A DNA stretch of 55,910 nt, taken from a virus. Lineage: Duplodnaviria > Caudoviricetes. Below are positions 48,101 to 55,910 of this stretch, in pieces (position 1 is the stretch's first letter; every line of letters begins with the position of its first letter). The DNA is taken from positions 1 to 55,910 of IMG/VR virus record IMGVR_UViG_3300044954_000249; one strand, written 5' to 3'. The notes under the pieces are model-generated. The model searched no databases, was not told the origin of the DNA, and was given only the letters and a program-made list of their open reading frames with translations. The translations under genes and the position numbers were made by a program.

Positions 48101-49451
48101 TAATGGATATGATTTTGTTATAGTCCAAAATCCGGAATTGGATATTAGTAAATTCTCTTCATTCGGGGCTAGTCTTGGAGTTGATGGATTAGTTAGTATA
48201 TATAACTTGCCTAAAGATACAGACGCGGAAGGATTTTATGTTCTATATAGCTTGAATGACTTCTCTTATTCAAGTGATTTAAAAAATAATCCAGTTTCCG
48301 CTTTAATAAATAAAAAAGTTTTTATCAAAAAGTTCCAAGGCGTAAATGACGTATCTTTTAGTTTGCATAGTAATTCTGATCTGAGCGTATTGGGCGGCTT
48401 CCCAAGTGTAGCAGCTGACACAATATATGTTGCTATTGCTCCATTTGATGCTATAGATAAACTCAAAGATTCAATTTTCGCTCAATACGTTGGAAAAGAA
48501 TCTACAATTGGCCTTTCCCCGTTTGAGCCTTCAAGTTGGATAGAAGTAACAGCCTTGAACGGCACCTCGTCTAAACAAATAAAAAGAAACTCGACAGGAG
48601 TATCTAATTCTGTTGGGCAGGGCTTCAAAGCGTGGATAAGAATAAAAGATGATGGTACTTGGGTCGGTAAGGGCATTAAAATGGTTAAGAGGATAAATAG
48701 CTCTACTGTTTATCCAAACTATAAAGGATACTCTCCATTTAATTGTTCTCCAACGAAACGAACATCAACTTTCGCAGAGGTAGGATTTTACGGAGGGATA
48801 GACGCTGAAGGTTTTGATATCGTTGACTGGAAAAATATAAATATAACTGACACCGACCATTATTGCGGTTGGGCTTCAAATCCTTGGAACAGTAGTACCT
48901 ATTTAAATGATTCAAATTCAGAGGCATTCAGGAGCACCCTCCTATTCGACTATAAAGCAAACAAAGAATATAGCGATCAATTTAACTCTGAATCAAGCAA
49001 AGACGGCTTCAGAAGATATAGAATCTATTTTAATGATGATTCTCTACCAAAAGACGCGGCTTACGCAGTTATAGGCATGAACGCTTATAACGGAAACTAT
49101 CTTCCTTTCCCAAAAATTGTAGAAAAATACAAACTTAATCAATATGTTAATGCAGATATAACTGGCAAATTTAAAGACGTAGAAAGTCTGGGGCTCGCTG
49201 TGGCTGGCGGGAACACCTCAATCAAACCAATCTATGATAATGAAATTTTTTCTGATTCCCCTTGGTGGAAGAATCATCCAGCGGGATTCGGTCAAGGATG
49301 GGGCGGATTAAATAAAACTCAACAATTTTTTGACGTACATATGGGTCATTTAGTTGATTTCTCTTATCTCCAAGAAGGGTTCTTTGCTGTCGTGAGCCAA
49401 GATGATGTTGGCAATACATTTAACGCCGTAAGTGCTGGTAACGTAACATAA
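45174..49451 (+). CDS. Central tail fibre / host specificity protein, lambda gpJ-like
   Basis: DLLCEGEIEG, YPNT, WTDNPAWCFYD, RYGLG, EPRFTCN, AFGCTSRGQA.R.GRW, FN3-like segments. Confidence 0.93.
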   Translation: MSTEFILMNNGASGFAVSSGVITDLLCEGEIEGVVNYEYTDLKGTRGSVGFDSVVTTNIDYLRSIYFNEEPIKDKQGLFNFQQVDIRTTKGTPNGDTSSPSSVLKPDISYTRSINERLRGRTNGNSSEDTFAKYYSIINKNVSKIKVNLKVLSLSSVTGTGDVGSTSVSINTYCRPIYIDATSQGFSEAGNPYTLITGISSSPYIRSITLDLASLITRLDLKSNKNFVGWEVKVYRTTLEPTDTKIRNQTYVDSITEIYETQLSYPNTSVVYAGFNAEYFSEIPDRYYDVRMLKVSVPNNYDVVRRKYNGDWNGAFAMTKQWTDNPAWCFYDLISNPRYGLGKYLTSDLIDKWSLYKIAQYCDQLVDDGYGGLEPRFTCNLLIQSREEAFKVINDMASVFRAINYYCAGNIYTVQDAPKSPIYQFANANVNNGEFSYSNSSRKVRHTVAVIRYNDKNNFYKPAVEYVEDIDGIRKYGYREIEATAFGCTSRGQAIRFGRWTLLTETLETESVNFKTGPEGGLLRPGDVIDIIDSNRKISQRSGRTFLIENNVAGQTLNVTLDRELKGLDSNVFYNLSLSTPTFNYDSISGAVISSSQTQDIRKNQILNFSFSPANITSIPIRTGEEGPVYASRINFSNKYIDTNVYNIIQDTVWGVFTTGISSNPNVSFEEGVLQEEKYRVININEDADNNFSISAIEYNELKYSAIESGIAFDTLGAQNISQFPKPPAIQDFSISHSSLTQNTFKFNISIIPPKKANGETNDDNISYYVIYARQSDGSSSPFTSSIPSDPLTLAASVTKGANPVGILIPNKGGKWWFRVYSVNPLGERSDPSPQDKNYQIPEIYPIKDVQVKSLRLAEDILISNAPGSNDASLKIFTTNQPNFAWESVNPNNLGDIKYAIKIKKDDGTYSLIIDEWEDSDFTFDALSNLRLATRGGKTYINEYKRNFSLYVEAHDINKNSSKGDTVSSNIFTSPNNGYDFVIVQNPELDISKFSSFGASLGVDGLVSIYNLPKDTDAEGFYVLYSLNDFSYSSDLKNNPVSALINKKVFIKKFQGVNDVSFSLHSNSDLSVLGGFPSVAADTIYVAIAPFDAIDKLKDSIFAQYVGKESTIGLSPFEPSSWIEVTALNGTSSKQIKRNSTGVSNSVGQGFKAWIRIKDDGTWVGKGIKMVKRINSSTVYPNYKGYSPFNCSPTKRTSTFAEVGFYGGIDAEGFDIVDWKNINITDTDHYCGWASNPWNSSTYLNDSNSEAFRSTLLFDYKANKEYSDQFNSESSKDGFRRYRIYFNDDSLPKDAAYAVIGMNAYNGNYLPFPKIVEKYKLNQYVNADITGKFKDVESLGLAVAGGNTSIKPIYDNEIFSDSPWWKNHPAGFGQGWGGLNKTQQFFDVHMGHLVDFSYLQEGFFAVVSQDDVGNTFNAVSAGNVT

Positions 49452-50161
49452 TGAATAACATTTTAATAATATCATTTAAAGACCGAGAAAATGAATATTA
49501 TAGTTTTCCATTAGATACTAGTGAAGAGAGCGCCTTGAAGATGGCGTTGAGTAACGGGGAAGAGGGGCAATTTTTATCCCATCAATATATTAGAAACTCC
49601 GCTCATTCACTAGATCATTATAAAAATGGGTCCCCCAAAGACAAGTTAGATGAAAAAAAGCTGGCCGCCCAGAAGAGAATAGGAAGAATAAAAGAATACC
49701 GCAACGCTTTCCTTCAATTATTAGATGTCGAGTTTTTAAAATCTTTAGAGCTTGATGACCCGGCCCTCAAAAATCATATTATAAAACTTAAATCTCATTT
49801 ACGAGATTTGCCCCAATTCCTCAAATTTAACAGAATAGAAAAAATAGAAGATATTTTTAGATATAATCCATTTAATAATATTACTGGAATAATTTTGTTG
49901 GCTACGGGTGAGAACTATACAAGTCCGCCGACTATTAAAATAGAAAGCCCTTCTGGTAAGTATTATGGGTTTTCCCCCAAGGCTACCTGCTTCATAAAAG
50001 ATGGGCGCGTAGTTAAAATTGAAGTCACTGAGTTCGGGTGTGGATATGATAAAATACCCAAAATAGAAATAGAGCCCCCGAAAGATAAAGATGGGAATAT
50101 AGTGAGCGGCCCCACTGCTATAGCTGTTTGTGCCCCGATTGAATTACCTATAGATTTTTAG
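49451..50161 (+). CDS. Tail fibre assembly chaperone-like protein
   Basis: RNAFLQLLDVEF...K..LRDLP followed by GENYTSPPTI and GCGYDKIP repeats. Confidence 0.65.
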   Translation: MNNILIISFKDRENEYYSFPLDTSEESALKMALSNGEEGQFLSHQYIRNSAHSLDHYKNGSPKDKLDEKKLAAQKRIGRIKEYRNAFLQLLDVEFLKSLELDDPALKNHIIKLKSHLRDLPQFLKFNRIEKIEDIFRYNPFNNITGIILLATGENYTSPPTIKIESPSGKYYGFSPKATCFIKDGRVVKIEVTEFGCGYDKIPKIEIEPPKDKDGNIVSGPTAIAVCAPIELPIDF

Positions 50162-53100
50162 CTTCCTTGATAGAGGAGACCGCCCGGCTTCTTTTGTTGT
50201 ATAATCGTGCTTAATACTGAGGAGTTAATTCTGTCGGCTAAGAGTCTTCCGTCTTGGTCAGATAATCCTCCAGCATTAGTAGAGCTAGATGTTACATTGC
50301 CGCCGTTGTCGATATTGACGACGATATTGATATTGTTGCTGGCGCCAAATTCGGAGGCTTTCTCTCCGCCCATGGCTCCGGCACCGCCGACTAATCCTCC
50401 CTCGGCATACCCCCTTAAAGAGCCGTTGTTTAGTCTGTTAAAGAAGCTTAATCCATATTTATCTACGGCGTCTTTTCTTATGACGTATTCGCCGCCAGTT
50501 AGGAGAGCGGGGACGTTATCTTGATAAATAGTGCCTCCAGAGGCCCTCTTAATTGCTTTTGATAATCCGTACGTTCCCAATCCAATGGCCGTTTGGAGAA
50601 CCGCGCCTAAAGAAGATCTCCTTCGCTGCGCTTTGAATGCTTGCATCGCTTCGGCTTTATATTTTTCATATTCAGCTTTTTCTTTTAGATATTGATCAAG
50701 GTCATCCGCGTATTGGAATTTCAATATGTTTTGAGGATTTGTTTCTGTGGTGAGGGCATATGCCGATAAAAGTTTATCTACATCATATTCGCCGCGAGTT
50801 GGACGCTTAAGATCGTCGTAAAGATAAGAGTTTCTTAAAGAGAACCGGGCGTAGTCTTCTTTAATATCTGAATATGATTCTTGTAATTTACTTCTATCGA
50901 TTTGCTTTGCATCAGCCGCTTGAGCTTGAGTTAATACAGCCTTCTCGACTTCCGGTTCTAGAAGACCGCCGACCTGCCTCGTGGCGACTGTTTGGTTGTT
51001 GAGCGCGGATAAGAAATCTAATCCATACTTATTAACAGAAGATTTTCTTAGGACGAATTCACCCTTTGAGAGATAAGCTGGAACGTCGTCTCTGATCCCA
51101 GAGCCGCCAGTCACTGAGCCTCCAGAACTAAACCCTTTGACTTGTCCGCCAGAGTTAAATTTAAGCGACGAACCAAATACTCCCCCCTGTCCTAATAAAC
51201 TGCTAAGTAAAGAGTTTACGCCGATTTGGAGTACTCTATTTTGGATCATGGTCGCGATGTCTCCAAAGACATCAGAGAAAGCCTGCTTAAGAGACTTCGT
51301 GCCTTTTATACCTTCGGCGAAAGCGCTAGATATCCCGCTTCTAAACGAGGAGGTAAATTCCTTACCTGTTGCGTCGATGTCATTTAAGGCATTCTTCGTA
51401 TTATACGTGAACCCGGAAGATAAAGTGTCAAAGAAATCAGAAGGGGAATAGTCTCCCTTTTGAATTCTTAGGGCGGCTCCTTTTTGTACGACCGCCTGAA
51501 GCTCTTCGGTGGACGCCACGCCCTTCTCAAATAGCTTTGCTATGTTTTTCACTTCTTCATCAGCAATTGCAAGGCTCGATTTTAGAGCCTCTGTTCTCGC
51601 TTTAGCCGTAAACTCAATAGCTTTTTCTCTCGTTAACGTCCCGTCCTTTACCGCATTTTCGAATTGTTTTCTAATTTTATCTGTCGAAGTAATTAGGCCA
51701 TTTTTAATTTTCTTGTTCTTGGGAAGAAATTGCGTAAAATCAATTCCAGATAATCTATCTGCTAATTGCTGACTATTTACGCCCATTTTTAAAGCGTCTT
51801 CGGCTATTTTTTCTAATTGCCCAGAGACTTCGATTTTAGCTGACTCTGTGTGATTTTTGCGAATTGACTCTCGTAGCTTTGATACTGTTTCATCATTTTT
51901 CAATAATTCTTTATTACTTTTTGCATTTTCTATTGCGGCTTTTAATTGTGTGTATAAGTTTTCTTCTTCTTTCTGCCGATCGGCTTTGTGTCTTTCTCTA
52001 GATTCTTCGGTTATTTCTTTGGTCGTCTTGCCTCCGAATACTCCAGCGGGGCTAGGGGCTGCAATCGGGCCAGCGAAAGGAAGACTCCCCGCTGGCGGCG
52101 TTACTAAAGGTTTAGCTAATAAGTTCTCAAGTTGATTGATAAATCTATTTAATGGAGTCGTTAATTCTTTATGGGTATCTCCAAATCTCGGTATTACCCC
52201 TTTTAGATCTACTAAATTAAATCCGACATCTTTCCCTTCGGATATACCCTTAACTATCGCGTCTACTAATTTTTGCGCCTCTAAGCTTTTTGTTTTCAAG
52301 TAGTCGGCTGTTATATCCTCTGAGAATATATCACTCAACGTTTTTATATGAATTTTTTGCAAGTTTTTGAATGACTGAAGAGACGCTCTCTTCTCCTCCC
52401 CCGACCCCCTAACGAAGTCATTATACGCCTCGGACATGTCTTTTCTAACTTTTTCTTCCTTCTGAACGAGTTCTTTTTTTCTTGTTGAACTAGGAGATAA
52501 GGCGGCGCCTAATATTTCTGATGCGGTTTTCTTCAACTCAGTTTCTCCAGCTATTTTAGCTTGAAGTCTGACAATTTCATCCAATGGCTTTAATAAATTA
52601 TTAATACTGCTAGTTATATTATTAGATAAAATTTGATCGTTGTTTTGTATGCTTTGGCTTAATCCTCCAATAGCAGTAAATAAAGGACCCTGAAAAGCTT
52701 CCTTATTCGCGCTAGCTATATTATTTTGAAAGTGGCCCGCCAGATCATTGGCGACTTTAGCCTCGACTAATAAATCACTTACATCTTTAGGAAGATGTTC
52801 TAATTTAAGTTGGGCGGCTATTTGTTTTAAAGCTATATCTTCTGCGTTTATATCAGGGACTTTGGCGTCTGGATTTAATATTTTGAAAAGCTCAGTAAAC
52901 TCACGAGTTTGATTTCTGATATCCTCGGTGCGCCCTTGTATACCAGCAGCAATTAAAGGCGATAAGGCACCGATGTTTTCCTTAGATCTATCTAAATTTA
53001 AATTACTAAGAGCAAAATCAGCAAACTGAGTTGAAGCCCTGCCAAGCTCAATTTTCCCTCTCGAACCTGAAATTGATAAACCCCTCAAAATTCCTTCGCT

Positions 53101-55908
53101 TATTGTTACTAGCTTATCTAGATTTTGGGAAGAACCGAACTTGCCTTCGCCAGAAAGGAAATCTTGAATACCGCCGAAAGAAGATACTTGCTTTTGGAGT
53201 TGTAAGGCTTTTTCTTGATAGGAGGTTTGGATTCTTTGGAGTTGTAAGGCGTATTCTTCATTTCTTTTTATTGCGACTAATTCTGCGGCTGTTTTATCTT
53301 TTAATGCTACTATCTCATTCGTCATTTGTTGCGCGACTGCTCTGGCCCTTTCTTGACCTACGCCTTGATTATTAAGTGCTTTCGTAATTTCGTTCAGGAC
53401 ATTTTCCTGAGTTATATTTCCAGCGCCAAACGCTTCAAAAGCCTTTAAAGTTACCCCTTTCAAAGCATCTCTAATAGCGGTATTTTGTGCGAAGTCTGCT
53501 TTGGCTTGAGCATTATCCCCTTCTCCGCCCAAGGTCGTTAAGGCTTCAGTGGTATTTGTAACTGATTTTTCAAATTGTTTAGTAAAAATATCTAAAGCAG
53601 ACCTTTGGGAATTAGATATCGCTTGGTTTATATCGTTAATTGATTTTTGCTTGATTTCGAACTCCGAAAGTCCGGATTGCAATCTTAAACTAGACTCCTC
53701 CGATAAGAACGGTCTTGCCGCCTCAACTCCACCCCTCGCCCTAGCTCCAGCCACAGCCAAATCTTGAGATACTCTGGCGTTTCTCGCTTCTTGTATGGCA
53801 AATAAACCAACCTTTGTTCTTTCGAAGGCGGTTGATAAAGAGATGGTTGCGTCATCTAGTCCGCGCTTTAATTCTCTAATACTTAAATTAAATCTCTTAT
53901 TAGAGTCAGTAACTCTTTTTATTATCTCAGCAGATTTTTTGCTTTGGGCGGCCGCTTCTCTGGTTTCTTTAGTAAACTCTTCTAAGAAGTCAACTAAAAA
54001 TTTTACGTTATCTACGGAAGGTGGTACGGTCTCTAAATGTTTTATAGTCTCAGCCGGGAAGAAATTTTTAGCTTTATCTATTAACTCTTTTTTAGTTTTT
54101 GCGGAGAAGGCGTTTTCTGGAAGTACTTTGTCTAGATTTCCTTCTTCTATTGCTTTGGCTATTTTAGTCTTATCGAAAGTTCCTTTTAATAGTGAAGTAA
54201 AAGCGATTTGGGCTTTTACGGCTTCTGTTTTAGTTGTAAAAAGGGCGTCTTTGTCAAATAAACTTTCATTGCTTTCAGACCTAAGGGAGTGCCGTCCTTC
54301 TTTAACTGCCGTTAGCGCGGCGGTACCCAGTTCTATTGCGAGCCTTTGTCTTTCAAGATTCGACGAGATTTCATTAAACGTATCTCTAATTTTCTGTACG
54401 TCCCCGCCCGCCTCTCTTATTTTATCTCTAAATTCGCTTGGAACTTGTAAGAGCGATTCAGAAATTTGTTTTCTAATTCTGGTTAAATCCCCTTCTTTAA
54501 TTGAATCAGATTCTAAAGTAGATTTTAAATTTTCCAATCCAGAAATATAGCCCTGCATACCAGAAGAGAATGAAGATAATTTTTCATTTGCTTGTTGGCC
54601 TGCGAGACTTAATTCTTCTATTCTTTGATCTAATTCTGCATTTGCAAATTTCTTAGCCCCCTCTGCTGCGCCTAGTAGTGCTCCGGCGGCAGCACCGATG
54701 GCGGCTCCATAAGGGCCGCCAATTGAGGCGCCTATTCCAGCAAATGTCGTTGCGGTGCTTAATGCTCCCGTAGCAGCCTCAACCCCAGCGGCCCCCTGCT
54801 TTCCGCCGACGGAACTAGTTGGAATAAATTGTTGAGCTATACTTCCTACCTGTTGAATCCCGAAGCCAGCTGTAAAAGCGGCGCTGCTTCCAAGGAATTT
54901 TACTGCCCTACCTCCTTTACCAAGAAATTTGGACAGTGGGGCGCTTAGGCTTGAAATTTCAGTCTCAGATTTTTTGATCTCTGCTAATTTTTCGTTGCGC
55001 TCTTTATTTAATACTTGTATTTCTTTATCTATTTTAGCTTGTTTGCTTTTAACCCCCTTCGTTTCTGCTACTTTTAATTTATCTTCTCCTTTTTCAGTTA
55101 TTAGCCCCTCGATTTTTTTGATCTCTGCTAATTTTTTGTCGCGCCCTTTATTTAATGCTTGTATTTCTTTATCTATTTCAGCTTGTTTGCTTTTAGCCCC
55201 CTTCGTTCCTGCTACTTTTAATTTATCTTTTCCTTTTTCAGTTATTAGCCCCTCGATTTTTTTGATCTCTGCTAATTTTTTGTCGCGCCCTTTATTTAAT
55301 GCTTGTATTTCTTTATCTATTTCAGCCCCCTTCGTTTCTGCTACTTTTAATTTATCTTTTCCTTTTTCAGTTATTAGCCCCTCGATTACCCTGCTTCTCT
55401 CTTCTGCTTCCCTTTTTATTACCTCAAGCTCCTTAAGCCTTGTTTTAGTTTCTTCAGACACTACGCCCCTCAAGTCATCAATTGTCTTTTTGAAGCCGCC
55501 AGCTGAACCAGCCAAACTAGAAATTAAAAGAGTGATACTTGCTATATCAATCGTATCAAGCCCACCTTCAGCAAAATTAGGCACGAATCCACTCGCGGCG
55601 CCTTTTGTTTTTGGATTTATTCCAGCTTCGCGTGCAAATTTTATTCCTTGTTTTAAATTTCTTTCTTGAAGAGTATTGAAGACTCCAAGACCTAATGGAT
55701 TTCGGGGGCCCATTAAGGATTTATCTCTTCCAATTTTTATATTGCTTAAGGGAATTCCGGCGGCACTTTCTCTCGCTATGGCGTCTTGAATCGGGTCTTG
55801 TCTATAAGGGAACTTTCTATTAGCAGCTTCAAAAACTTTTTTCGTTAATTCTGGGGGGGCGAAATTAGGAATAAAGCCGTCAAAGCTTCTTCTCTTGGGG
55901 GCTCTTTG
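50158..55908 (-). CDS. Tail tape measure protein (partial, start beyond the right edge)
   Basis: Frame stays open past 55713 to the edge (QRAPKRRSFDGFIPNFA...). Helical A/K/E-rich body, Gly/Ala hydrophobic segment, two DxVPAxLxxGE(F/Y)V motifs, two GF(I/V)PNFA motifs. Confidence 0.9.
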   Translation of the reverse strand, partial: QRAPKRRSFDGFIPNFAPPELTKKVFEAANRKFPYRQDPIQDAIARESAAGIPLSNIKIGRDKSLMGPRNPLGLGVFNTLQERNLKQGIKFAREAGINPKTKGAASGFVPNFAEGGLDTIDIASITLLISSLAGSAGGFKKTIDDLRGVVSEETKTRLKELEVIKREAEERSRVIEGLITEKGKDKLKVAETKGAEIDKEIQALNKGRDKKLAEIKKIEGLITEKGKDKLKVAGTKGAKSKQAEIDKEIQALNKGRDKKLAEIKKIEGLITEKGEDKLKVAETKGVKSKQAKIDKEIQVLNKERNEKLAEIKKSETEISSLSAPLSKFLGKGGRAVKFLGSSAAFTAGFGIQQVGSIAQQFIPTSSVGGKQGAAGVEAATGALSTATTFAGIGASIGGPYGAAIGAAAGALLGAAEGAKKFANAELDQRIEELSLAGQQANEKLSSFSSGMQGYISGLENLKSTLESDSIKEGDLTRIRKQISESLLQVPSEFRDKIREAGGDVQKIRDTFNEISSNLERQRLAIELGTAALTAVKEGRHSLRSESNESLFDKDALFTTKTEAVKAQIAFTSLLKGTFDKTKIAKAIEEGNLDKVLPENAFSAKTKKELIDKAKNFFPAETIKHLETVPPSVDNVKFLVDFLEEFTKETREAAAQSKKSAEIIKRVTDSNKRFNLSIRELKRGLDDATISLSTAFERTKVGLFAIQEARNARVSQDLAVAGARARGGVEAARPFLSEESSLRLQSGLSEFEIKQKSINDINQAISNSQRSALDIFTKQFEKSVTNTTEALTTLGGEGDNAQAKADFAQNTAIRDALKGVTLKAFEAFGAGNITQENVLNEITKALNNQGVGQERARAVAQQMTNEIVALKDKTAAELVAIKRNEEYALQLQRIQTSYQEKALQLQKQVSSFGGIQDFLSGEGKFGSSQNLDKLVTISEGILRGLSISGSRGKIELGRASTQFADFALSNLNLDRSKENIGALSPLIAAGIQGRTEDIRNQTREFTELFKILNPDAKVPDINAEDIALKQIAAQLKLEHLPKDVSDLLVEAKVANDLAGHFQNNIASANKEAFQGPLFTAIGGLSQSIQNNDQILSNNITSSINNLLKPLDEIVRLQAKIAGETELKKTASEILGAALSPSSTRKKELVQKEEKVRKDMSEAYNDFVRGSGEEKRASLQSFKNLQKIHIKTLSDIFSEDITADYLKTKSLEAQKLVDAIVKGISEGKDVGFNLVDLKGVIPRFGDTHKELTTPLNRFINQLENLLAKPLVTPPAGSLPFAGPIAAPSPAGVFGGKTTKEITEESRERHKADRQKEEENLYTQLKAAIENAKSNKELLKNDETVSKLRESIRKNHTESAKIEVSGQLEKIAEDALKMGVNSQQLADRLSGIDFTQFLPKNKKIKNGLITSTDKIRKQFENAVKDGTLTREKAIEFTAKARTEALKSSLAIADEEVKNIAKLFEKGVASTEELQAVVQKGAALRIQKGDYSPSDFFDTLSSGFTYNTKNALNDIDATGKEFTSSFRSGISSAFAEGIKGTKSLKQAFSDVFGDIATMIQNRVLQIGVNSLLSSLLGQGGVFGSSLKFNSGGQVKGFSSGGSVTGGSGIRDDVPAYLSKGEFVLRKSSVNKYGLDFLSALNNQTVATRQVGGLLEPEVEKAVLTQAQAADAKQIDRSKLQESYSDIKEDYARFSLRNSYLYDDLKRPTRGEYDVDKLLSAYALTTETNPQNILKFQYADDLDQYLKEKAEYEKYKAEAMQAFKAQRRRSSLGAVLQTAIGLGTYGLSKAIKRASGGTIYQDNVPALLTGGEYVIRKDAVDKYGLSFFNRLNNGSLRGYAEGGLVGGAGAMGGEKASEFGASNNINIVVNIDNGGNVTSSSTNAGGLSDQDGRLLADRINSSVLSTIIQQKKPGGLLYQGS
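54968..55386. repeat. Three near-identical in-frame tandem repeats (144, 144 and 129 bp) in the tape measure gene
   Basis: Anchor cccctcga at 55105, 55249 and 55378; unit IEGLITEKGKDKLKVAETKG[AKSKQ]AEIDKEIQALNKGRDKKLAEIKK. Confidence 0.92.
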
Positions 55909-55910
55909 TA

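Noticed and set aside
5014-49419. Numerous short antisense or alternate-frame ORFs nested in well-supported genes
   Set aside because: Fully overlapped by motif-bearing CDSs, with no expression signals or recognisable domains.
50207-55669. Plus-strand ORFs within the tape measure gene (e.g. 53795..54550, 54929..55669)
   Set aside because: Antisense shadows of a repetitive K/E/A-rich gene with no recognisable motifs.

Overview
AT-rich segment of a large tailed (siphovirus-like) dsDNA phage, standard genetic code, no CRISPR array or integrase seen. Left to right: a partial Ser/Cys-rich virion-type protein running off the left edge (missing from the ORF track); small genes with an atypical tRNA-Ile(UAU) and a ~350-nt highly structured non-coding region; nucleotide metabolism (dut, dNMP kinase, nrdAB) with a phage sigma factor; an 11-gene glycan/nucleotide-sugar cluster; a replication module (RecA, DnaB, primase, Cas4-like nuclease, Pol III alpha); five IPT/TIG-rich genes; a lambda-like M-L-K-I-J tail-tip operon; and a partial tape measure gene. 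Highlights: nrdA and dnaE are each fractured by a different naturally split intein and need trans-splicing. Pol III is spread over four ORFs. NrdB lacks the radical tyrosine (class Ic-like). A GT9 enzyme appears split over two genes. Two promoter classes are visible (leaderless sigma70-type and a GTGTAA motif). All product calls come from motif recognition by eye; no searches were run.
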